Shown here: one piece after another, positions 54,101 through 64,000 of the stretch
Layout: every line of letters begins with the position of its first letter
Position numbering within the stretch: position 1 is the first letter of the stretch
Source of the DNA: the human T2T-CHM13v2.0 reference genome, Homo sapiens
Assembly (NCBI RefSeq): GCF_009914755.1
Contig: NC_060928.1
Reading direction: 5' to 3' (one strand)
Length of the DNA: 64,000 nucleotides
Notes under the pieces: model-generated
Told to the model about the DNA's origin: nothing
Seen by the model: the letters and a program-made list of their open reading frames with translations, nothing else
Databases searched by the model: none
Program-made: the position numbers and the translations under genes

Positions 54101-57100
54101 GATATCTTCATATAAAATCTAGACAGAAGCATTCTCAGAAACTTATTTGTGATGTGTGTCCTCAACTAACAGAGTTGAACCTTGGTTTTGATACAGCATT
54201 TTGGAAACACTCCTTTTGTAGAATCTGCAGGTGGATATGTGGATAGCTCTGAAGATTTCGTTGGAAACGGGAATTTCTTCATATAAAATCAAACAGAAGC
54301 ATTCTCAGAAACTTCTCAGTGATGTTTGCATTCAGCTCATGGAGTTGAACACTTCCTTTCATAGAGCCGGTTTGAAACACTCTTTCTGCACTACCTGGAA
54401 GAGGACATTTCGAGCGCTTTGAGTCCTATGGTGAAAAAGGAAATATCTTCTCATAAAAACCAGAAAGAAGCATTCTCAGAAACTTCTTTGTGTTGTGTGT
54501 ACTCATGTAACAGTGTTGAACCATCCTTTTGACAGAGCAGTTTTGAAACACTCTTTTTGTAGAATCTGCAAGTGGATATTTGGATAGCTTTGAGGATTTC
54601 GTTGGAAACGGGATGACATATAATATCTAGAGAGAAGCATTCTCAGGAACTTCTTTGTGATGTTTGCATTCAAGTCACAGAATTGAACATTCCCTTTCAT
54701 AGAGCAGGTTTGAAACACTCTTTCTCTAGTATCTGGAAGTGGGCATTTCAAGCGCTTTCAGGCCTATGGAGAGAAAGGAAATACCTTCAAATAAAAACTA
54801 GACAGAAGCATTCTCAGAAACTTATTTGTGATGTGTGTCCTCAACTAACAGAGTTGAACCTTTGTTTTGATACAGCATTTTGGAAACACTCCTTTTGTAG
54901 AATCTGCAGGTGGATATTTGGATAACTTTGAAGATTTCGTTGGAAACCGGAATATCTTCATATAAAATCAAGACAGAAGCATTCTCGGAAACATCTCTGT
55001 GATGTTTGCATTCAACTCAGTAGAGTTGAACACTTCCTTTCATAGAGCCGGTTTGAAACACTCTTTCTGCACTACCTGGAAGCGGACATTTCGAGCGCTT
55101 TGAGGCCTATGGTGAAAAAGGAAATATCTTCTCATAAAAACCAGAAAGAAGCATTCTCAGAAACTTCTTTGTGTTGTGTGTACTCAAGTAACAGTGTTGA
55201 ACCTTCCTTTTGACACAGCAGTTTTGAAACACTCTTTTGGTAGAATCTGCAAGTGGATATTTGGATAGCTTTGAGGATTTCGTTGGAAACGGGTTATCTT
55301 CATATAAAATCCAGACAGGAGCATTCTCAGAAACTTCTTTGTGCTGCATGTCCTCAATTCACAGAGCTGAACCTTTGTTTGGATACAGCATTTTGGAAAC
55401 ATTCCTTTAGTAGAATCTGCAAGTTGATATTTAGATAGCTTTGAAGATTTCGTTGGAAACGGGAATATCTTCATAGAAAATCTAGACGGAAGCATTCTCA
55501 GAAACTGCTTTGTGATGTTTGCATTCAAGTCACAGAGTTGAATATTCCCTTTTATAGAGTAGGTTTGAAACACTCTTTCGGCACTACCTGGAAGTGGATA
55601 TTTCGAGCTCTTTGAGGCCTATGGTTAAAAGGAAATATCTTCCCATAAAAACTAGACAGAAGCCGTCTCAGAAACTTGTTTGTGATGTGTGTATTCAACT
55701 ACCAGAGTTGAACATTTCTGTTACAGAGCAATTTTAAAACACTCTTTTTGTGGAATCTGAAAGTGGATAATTGGATAGCTTTGTGGATTTCGTTGGAAAC
55801 GGGATGACGTATAAAATCTAGAGAGAAGCATTCTCAGGAACTTCTTTCTGATGTTTGCATTCAAGTCACAGAATTGAACATTCCTTTTCATAGTGCAGGT
55901 TTGAAACACTCTTTCTGTAGTATCTGGAAGTGGACATTTCAAGCGCTTTCAGGCCTACGGGGAGAAAGGAAATATCTTCAAATAAAAACTAGACAGAAGG
56001 ATTCTCAGAAACTTATTTGTGATGTGTGTCCTAAACGAACACAGTTGAACCTTTGTTTTGATACAGCATTTTGGAAACACTCCTTTTGTAGGATCTGCAG
56101 GTGGATATTTGGATAGATTTTAAGATTTCGTTGGAAACGGGAGTTTCTTCATAGAAACTCAAGACAGATGCATTCTCAGAAACATCTCTGTGATGTTTGC
56201 ATTCCACTCATAGAGTTGAAAACTTCCTTTCATAGAGCAGGTTTGAAACACTCTTTTTGTAATATTTGGAAGTGGACATTTGCAGCGCTTTGAGGCCTAT
56301 GGTGAAAAAGGAAATATCTTCTCATAAAAACCAGAAACAAGCATTCTCAGAAACTTCTTTTTGATGTGTGTACTCAAGTAACAGAGTTGAACCTTCCTTT
56401 TGACACAGCAGTTTTGAAACAATCTTTTTGTAGAATCTGCAAGTGGATATTTGGATAGCTTTGAGGATTTCGTTGGAAACGGGATATCTTCATATAAAAT
56501 CTAGACAGAAGCATTCTCAGAAACTTCTTTGTGCTGTATGTCCTCAATTAACAGAGTTGAACCATTGCTTGGATACAGCATTTTGGAAACATTCCTTGAG
56601 TAGAATCTGCAAGTTGATATTTAGATAGATTTGAAGATTTCGTTGGAAAAGGGAATATCTCCATAGAAAATCTAGAGGGAAGCATTCTCAGAAACTGCTT
56701 TGTGATGTTTCCATTCAAGTCACAGAGTTGAATATTCCCTTTTATAGAGCACGTTTGAAACACTCTTTCTGCACTATCTGGAAGTGGACATTTCGAGCGC
56801 TTTGAGGCCTATGGTGAAAAAGGAAATATCTTCCCATAAAAACTAGACAGAAGCATTCTCAGAAACTTGTTTGTGATGTGTGTATTCAACTAACAGAGTT
56901 GAACTTTTGTTTTTACAGAGCCGTTTTAAAACACTCTTTTTGTGGAATCAGAAAGTGGATATTCGGATGGCTCTGAGGATTTCGTTGGAAGCGGGATTAC
57001 ATATAAAATCTAGAGAGAAGCATTCTCAGGAACTTCTTTGTGATGTTTGCATTGAAGTCACAGAATTGAACATTCACTTTGATAGAGCAGGTTTGAAACA

Positions 57101-57702
57101 CTCATTCTGTAGTATCTGGAAGTGGACATTTCAAGCGCTTTCAGGCCTATGGTGAGAAAGGAAATATCTTCGAATAAAAACTAGACAGAAGCATCCTCAG
57201 AAACTTATTTGTGATGTGTGTCCTCAACTAACAGAGTTGAAACTTTGTTTTGATACAGCATTTTGGAAACACTCTTTTTGTAGAATCTGCAGGTGGATAT
57301 TTGGATAGCTTAGAGGGATTCGTTGGAAAGGGGATATCTTCATATAAAATCTAGACAGAAGCATTCTCAGAAACTTATTTGTGATGTGTGTCCTCAACTA
57401 ACAGAGTTGAACCTTGGTTTTGATACAGCATTTTGGAAACACTCCTTTTGTAGAATCTGCAGGTGGATATGTGGATAGCTCTGAAGATTTCGTTGGAAAC
57501 GGGAATTTCTTCATATAAAATCAAACAGAAGCATTCTCAGAAACTTCTCAGTGATGTTTGCATTCAGCTCATGGAGTTGAACACTTCCTTTCATAGAGCC
57601 GGTTTGAAACACTCTTTCTGCACTACCTGGAAGAGGACATTTCGAGCGCTTTGAGTCCTATGGTGAAAAAGGAAATATCTTCTCATAAAAACCAGAAAGA
57701 AG
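5991..57702 (+). repeat. 16 consecutive near-identical 19-mer HOR units (starts 5991 + n x 3232)
   Basis: Exact 3232-bp spacing of every ORF, so no net indels. Only a few SNVs were seen. The first monomer (5991) is an M17/M1 hybrid. Confidence 0.95.
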
Positions 57703-60423
57703 CATTCTCAGAAACTTCTTTGTGTTGTGTGTACTCATGTAACAGTGTTGAACCATCCTTTTGACAGAGCAGTTTTGAAACACTCTTTTTGTAGAATCTG
57801 CAAGTGGATATTTGGATAGCTTTGAGGATTTCGTTGGAAACGGGATGACATATAATATCTAGAGAGAAGCATTCTCAGGAACTTCTTTGTGATGTTTGCA
57901 TTCAAGTCACAGAATTGAACATTCCCTTTCATAGAGCAGGTTTGAAACACTCTTTCTCTAGTATCTGGAAGTGGGCATTTCAAGCGCTTTCAGGCCTATG
58001 GAGAGAAAGGAAATACCTTCAAATAAAAACTAGACAGAAGCATTCTCAGAAACTTATTTGTGATGTGTGTCCTCAACTAACAGAGTTGAACCTTTGTTTT
58101 GATACAGCATTTTGGAAACACTCCTTTTGTAGAATCTGCAGGTGGATATTTGGATAACTTTGAAGATTTCGTTGGAAACCGGAATATCTTCATATAAAAT
58201 CAAGACAGAAGCATTCTCGGAAACATCTCTGTGATGTTTGCATTCAACTCAGTAGAGTTGAACACTTCCTTTCATAGAGCCGGTTTGAAACACTCTTTCT
58301 GCACTACCTGGAAGCGGACATTTCGAGCGCTTTGAGGCCTATGGTGAAAAAGGAAATATCTTCTCATAAAAACCAGAAAGAAGCATTCTCAGAAACTTCT
58401 TTGTGTTGTGTGTACTCAAGTAACAGTGTTGAACCTTCCTTTTGACACAGCAGTTTTGAAACACTCTTTTGGTAGAATCTGCAAGTGGATATTTGGATAG
58501 CTTTGAGGATTTCGTTGGAAACGGGTTATCTTCATATAAAATCCAGACAGGAGCATTCTCAGAAACTTCTTTGTGCTGCATGTCCTCAATTCACAGAGCT
58601 GAACCTTTGTTTGGATACAGCATTTTGGAAACATTCCTTTAGTAGAATCTGCAAGTTGATATTTAGATAGCTTTGAAGATTTCGTTGGAAACGGGAATAT
58701 CTTCATAGAAAATCTAGACGGAAGCATTCTCAGAAACTGCTTTGTGATGTTTGCATTCAAGTCACAGAGTTGAATATTCCCTTTTATAGAGTAGGTTTGA
58801 AACACTCTTTCGGCACTACCTGGAAGTGGATATTTCGAGCTCTTTGAGGCCTATGGTTAAAAGGAAATATCTTCCCATAAAAACTAGACAGAAGCCGTCT
58901 CAGAAACTTGTTTGTGATGTGTGTATTCAACTACCAGAGTTGAACATTTCTGTTACAGAGCAATTTTAAAACACTCTTTTTGTGGAATCTGAAAGTGGAT
59001 AATTGGATAGCTTTGTGGATTTCGTTGGAAACGGGATGACGTATAAAATCTAGAGAGAAGCATTCTCAGGAACTTCTTTCTGATGTTTGCATTCAAGTCA
59101 CAGAATTGAACATTCCTTTTCATAGTGCAGGTTTGAAACACTCTTTCTGTAGTATCTGGAAGTGGACATTTCAAGCGCTTTCAGGCCTACGGGGAGAAAG
59201 GAAATATCTTCAAATAAAAACGAGACAGAAGGATTCTCAGAAACTTATTTGTGATGTGTGTCCTAAACGAACACAGTTGAACCTTTGTTTTGATACAGCA
59301 TTTTGGAAACACTCCTTTTGTAGGATCTGCAGGTGGATATTTGGATAGATTTTAAGATTTCGTTGGAAACGGGAGTTTCTTCATAGAAACTCAAGACAGA
59401 TGCATTCTCAGAAACATCTCTGTGATGTTTGCATTCCACTCATAGAGTTGAAAACTTCCTTTCATAGAGCAGGTTTGAAACACTCTTTTTGTAATATTTG
59501 GAAGTGGACATTTGCAGCGCTTTGAGGCCTATGGTGAAAAAGGAAATATCTTCTCATAAAAACCAGAAACAAGCATTCTCAGAAACTTCTTTTTGATGTG
59601 TGTACTCAAGTAACAGAGTTGAACCTTCCTTTTGACACAGCAGTTTTGAAACAATCTTTTTGTAGAATCTGCAAGTGGATATTTGGATAGCTTTGAGGAT
59701 TTCGTTGGAAACGGGATATCTTCATATAAAATCTAGACAGAAGCATTCTCAGAAACTTCTTTGTGCTGTATGTCCTCAATTAACAGAGTTGAACCATTGC
59801 TTGGATACAGCATTTTGGAAACATTCCTTGAGTAGAATCTGCAAGTTGATATTTAGATAGATTTGAAGATTTCGTTGGAAAAGGGAATATCTCCATAGAA
59901 AATCTAGAGGGAAGCATTCTCAGAAACTGCTTTGTGATGTTTCCATTCAAGTCACAGAGTTGAATATTCCCTTTTATAGAGCACGTTTGAAACACTCTTT
60001 CTGCACTATCTGGAAGTGGACATTTCGAGCGCTTTGAGGCCTATGGTGAAAAAGGAAATATCTTCCCATAAAAACTAGACAGAAGCATTCTCAGAAACTT
60101 GTTTGTGATGTGTGTATTCAACTAACAGAGTTGAACTTTTGTTTTTACAGAGCCGTTTTAAAACACTCTTTTTGTGGAATCAGAAAGTGGATATTCGGAT
60201 GGCTCTGAGGATTTCGTTGGAAGCGGGATTACATATAAAATCTAGAGAGAAGCATTCTCAGGAACTTCTTTGTGATGTTTGCATTGAAGTCACAGAATTG
60301 AACATTCACTTTGATAGAGCAGGTTTGAAACACTCATTCTGTAGTATCTGGAAGTGGACATTTCAAGCGCTTTCAGGCCTATGGTGAGAAAGGAAATATC
60401 TTCGAATAAAAACTAGACAGAAG

Positions 60424-60593
60424 CATCCTCAGAAACTTCTTTGTGTTGTGTGTACTCATGTAACAGTGTTGAACCATCCTTTTGACAGAGCAGTTTTGAA
60501 ACACTCTTTTTGTAGAATCTGCAGGTGGATATTTGGATAGCTTAGAGGGATTCGTTGGAAAGGGGATATCTTCATATAAAATCTAGACAGAAG
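60424..60593 (+). repeat. Chimeric monomer M17/M1/M17, copy 1
   Basis: M17 start CATCC; M1-diagnostic bases from 60439 to 60497; M17-diagnostic again from 60524 (GCAGGTGG...GCTTAGAGGGATTCGTTGGAAAGGGG). Confidence 0.92.
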
Positions 60594-63500
60594 CATTCTC
60601 AGAAACTTATTTGTGATGTGTGTCCTCAACTAACAGAGTTGAACCTTGGTTTTGATACAGCATTTTGGAAACACTCCTTTTGTAGAATCTGCAGGTGGAT
60701 ATGTGGATAGCTCTGAAGATTTCGTTGGAAACGGGAATTTCTTCATATAAAATCAAACAGAAGCATTCTCAGAAACTTCTCAGTGATGTTTGCATTCAGC
60801 TCATGGAGTTGAACACTTCCTTTCATAGAGCCGGTTTGAAACACTCTTTCTGCACTACCTGGAAGAGGACATTTCGAGCGCTTTGAGTCCTATGGTGAAA
60901 AAGGAAATATCTTCTCATAAAAACCAGAAAGAAGCATTCTCAGAAACTTCTTTGTGTTGTGTGTACTCATGTAACAGTGTTGAACCATCCTTTTGACAGA
61001 GCAGTTTTGAAACACTCTTTTTGTAGAATCTGCAAGTGGATATTTGGATAGCTTTGAGGATTTCGTTGGAAACGGGATGACATATAATATCTAGAGAGAA
61101 GCATTCTCAGGAACTTCTTTGTGATGTTTGCATTCAAGTCACAGAATTGAACATTCCCTTTCATAGAGCAGGTTTGAAACACTCTTTCTCTAGTATCTGG
61201 AAGTGGGCATTTCAAGCGCTTTCAGGCCTATGGAGAGAAAGGAAATACCTTCAAATAAAAACTAGACAGAAGCATTCTCAGAAACTTATTTGTGATGTGT
61301 GTCCTCAACTAACAGAGTTGAACCTTTGTTTTGATACAGCATTTTGGAAACACTCCTTTTGTAGAATCTGCAGGTGGATATTTGGATAACTTTGAAGATT
61401 TCGTTGGAAACCGGAATATCTTCATATAAAATCAAGACAGAAGCATTCTCGGAAACATCTCTGTGATGTTTGCATTCAACTCAGTAGAGTTGAACACTTC
61501 CTTTCATAGAGCCGGTTTGAAACACTCTTTCTGCACTACCTGGAAGCGGACATTTCGAGCGCTTTGAGGCCTATGGTGAAAAAGGAAATATCTTCTCATA
61601 AAAACCAGAAAGAAGCATTCTCAGAAACTTCTTTGTGTTGTGTGTACTCAAGTAACAGTGTTGAACCTTCCTTTTGACACAGCAGTTTTGAAACACTCTT
61701 TTGGTAGAATCTGCAAGTGGATATTTGGATAGCTTTGAGGATTTCGTTGGAAACGGGTTATCTTCATATAAAATCCAGACAGGAGCATTCTCAGAAACTT
61801 CTTTGTGCTGCATGTCCTCAATTCACAGAGCTGAACCTTTGTTTGGATACAGCATTTTGGAAACATTCCTTTAGTAGAATCTGCAAGTTGATATTTAGAT
61901 AGCTTTGAAGATTTCGTTGGAAACGGGAATATCTTCATAGAAAATCTAGACGGAAGCATTCTCAGAAACTGCTTTGTGATGTTTGCATTCAAGTCACAGA
62001 GTTGAATATTCCCTTTTATAGAGTAGGTTTGAAACACTCTTTCGGCACTACCTGGAAGTGGATATTTCGAGCTCTTTGAGGCCTATGGTTAAAAGGAAAT
62101 ATCTTCCCATAAAAACTAGACAGAAGCCGTCTCAGAAACTTGTTTGTGATGTGTGTATTCAACTACCAGAGTTGAACATTTCTGTTACAGAGCAATTTTA
62201 AAACACTCTTTTTGTGGAATCTGAAAGTGGATAATTGGATAGCTTTGTGGATTTCGTTGGAAACGGGATGACGTATAAAATCTAGAGAGAAGCATTCTCA
62301 GGAACTTCTTTCTGATGTTTGCATTCAAGTCACAGAATTGAACATTCCTTTTCATAGTGCAGGTTTGAAACACTCTTTCTGTAGTATCTGGAAGTGGACA
62401 TTTCAAGCGCTTTCAGGCCTACGGGGAGAAAGGAAATATCTTCAAATAAAAACGAGACAGAAGGATTCTCAGAAACTTATTTGTGATGTGTGTCCTAAAC
62501 GAACACAGTTGAACCTTTGTTTTGATACAGCATTTTGGAAACACTCCTTTTGTAGGATCTGCAGGTGGATATTTGGATAGATTTTAAGATTTCGTTGGAA
62601 ACGGGAGTTTCTTCATAGAAACTCAAGACAGATGCATTCTCAGAAACATCTCTGTGATGTTTGCATTCCACTCATAGAGTTGAAAACTTCCTTTCATAGA
62701 GCAGGTTTGAAACACTCTTTTTGTAATATTTGGAAGTGGACATTTGCAGCGCTTTGAGGCCTATGGTGAAAAAGGAAATATCTTCTCATAAAAACCAGAA
62801 ACAAGCATTCTCAGAAACTTCTTTTTGATGTGTGTACTCAAGTAACAGAGTTGAACCTTCCTTTTGACACAGCAGTTTTGAAACAATCTTTTTGTAGAAT
62901 CTGCAAGTGGATATTTGGATAGCTTTGAGGATTTCGTTGGAAACGGGATATCTTCATATAAAATCTAGACAGAAGCATTCTCAGAAACTTCTTTGTGCTG
63001 TATGTCCTCAATTAACAGAGTTGAACCATTGCTTGGATACAGCATTTTGGAAACATTCCTTGAGTAGAATCTGCAAGTTGATATTTAGATAGATTTGAAG
63101 ATTTCGTTGGAAAAGGGAATATCTCCATAGAAAATCTAGAGGGAAGCATTCTCAGAAACTGCTTTGTGATGTTTCCATTCAAGTCACAGAGTTGAATATT
63201 CCCTTTTATAGAGCACGTTTGAAACACTCTTTCTGCACTATCTGGAAGTGGACATTTCGAGCGCTTTGAGGCCTATGGTGAAAAAGGAAATATCTTCCCA
63301 TAAAAACTAGACAGAAGCATTCTCAGAAACTTGTTTGTGATGTGTGTATTCAACTAACAGAGTTGAACTTTTGTTTTTACAGAGCCGTTTTAAAACACTC
63401 TTTTTGTGGAATCAGAAAGTGGATATTCGGATGGCTCTGAGGATTTCGTTGGAAGCGGGATTACATATAAAATCTAGAGAGAAGCATTCTCAGGAACTTC

Positions 63501-63655
63501 TTTGTGATGTTTGCATTGAAGTCACAGAATTGAACATTCACTTTGATAGAGCAGGTTTGAAACACTCATTCTGTAGTATCTGGAAGTGGACATTTCAAGC
63601 GCTTTCAGGCCTATGGTGAGAAAGGAAATATCTTCGAATAAAAACTAGACAGAAG

Positions 63656-63825
63656 CATCCTCAGAAACTTCTTTGTGTTGTGTGTACTCATGTAACAGTG
63701 TTGAACCATCCTTTTGACAGAGCAGTTTTGAAACACTCTTTTTGTAGAATCTGCAGGTGGATATTTGGATAGCTTAGAGGGATTCGTTGGAAAGGGGATA
63801 TCTTCATATAAAATCTAGACAGAAG
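63656..63825 (+). repeat. Chimeric monomer M17/M1/M17, copy 2
   Basis: Same sequence as the 60424 monomer, 3232 bp downstream. Confidence 0.92.
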
Positions 63826-64000
63826 CATTCTCAGAAACTTATTTGTGATGTGTGTCCTCAACTAACAGAGTTGAACCTTGGTTTTGATACAGCATTTTGG
63901 AAACACTCCTTTTGTAGAATCTGCAGGTGGATATGTGGATAGCTCTGAAGATTTCGTTGGAAACGGGAATTTCTTCATATAAAATCAAACAGAAGCATTC

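Larger units (their letters stand above)
1..64000 (+). repeat. D4Z1: Alpha-satellite (alphoid) higher-order repeat array, SF2 type, probably human chromosome 4 active centromeric array D4Z1
   Basis: Continuous 166-172 bp monomers beginning CATTCTCAGAAAC, carrying either CENP-B boxes (TTTCGTTGGAAACGGGA) or pJalpha boxes (CTATGGTGAAAAAGGAA). The ORF track recurs with an exact 3232-bp period. Motifs such as GTGTCCTCAACTAACAGAG and TTTGCATTCAAGTCACAGA resemble the D1/D2 (SF2) consensus. Alpha-satellite identity is essentially certain; the D4Z1 name rests on recalled unit size (19-mer, ~3.2 kb) and family. Confidence 0.9.
57703..64000 (+). repeat. Two variant 19-mer HOR units (second truncated by the window edge) with chimeric M17 and a T>G SNV in M9
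   Basis: M17 at 60424 and 63656 reads CATCCTCAGAAACTTCTTTGTGTTGTGTGTACTCATGTAACAGTG (M1-type interior). AAAACGAGACAG occurs at 59222 and 62454. Confidence 0.92.

Noticed and set aside
70-63619. About 200 short ORFs (61-129 aa) on both strands, repeating every HOR
   Set aside because: They are translations of alpha-satellite monomers (e.g. KHSQKLLCDVC, DTAFWKHSF), overlap on both strands, many rely on GTG/TTG starts, and show no domain, promoter or splice context. Their identity between copies reflects DNA homogenisation, not coding selection.
1-64000. CRISPR-like pattern of conserved motif (GAAGCATTCTCAGAAAC) with intervening sequence
   Set aside because: The intervening sequences are homologous to each other and repeat exactly every 19 monomers. 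There are no unique spacers, no leader and no cas genes.
1-64000. Inserted mobile element (L1/Alu), inversion or foreign island
   Set aside because: The 3232-bp register is unbroken except for one 511-bp deletion. No poly(A) tail, target-site duplication or strand switch was seen.
1-64000. A previously undescribed biological system
   Set aside because: The whole window is explained by a known class of centromeric satellite. Only micro-evolutionary variants are potentially undescribed, and that requires comparison with existing T2T annotations.

Overview
The whole 64 kb window is primate (very probably human) centromeric alpha-satellite DNA, with no genes, transposons or inversions seen. It is a head-to-tail array of ~171-bp monomers organised as a 3232-bp, 19-monomer higher-order repeat (HOR). 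I count about 20 units, numbered here from 38: 38, 3270, 5991, then every 3232 bp to 60935 (partial). The monomers are suprachromosomal family 2 (D1/D2-like), and a 19-mer of ~3.2 kb in SF2 matches the active chromosome 4 array D4Z1 (from recall, not a search). Each HOR has 11 B-type monomers (8 intact and 3 broken CENP-B boxes) and 8 A-type (pJalpha-box) monomers. All ORFs in the track are chance read-throughs of satellite. I found no new protein-coding or RNA system; the informative signal is array evolution. (1) One 16-mer deletion variant has its junction at ~5995-6005. (2) The last two HORs carry an M17/M1/M17 chimeric monomer that reuses the same left junction. (3) The 19-mer decomposes as 7+8+4 copies of an ancestral heptamer. 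(4) Staggered SNV haplotype blocks mark local expansions. (5) One unit carries a tight cluster of four private substitutions. Variant calls were made by eye, so additional SNVs may have been missed. M1-M19 is my own monomer numbering, not the published one.
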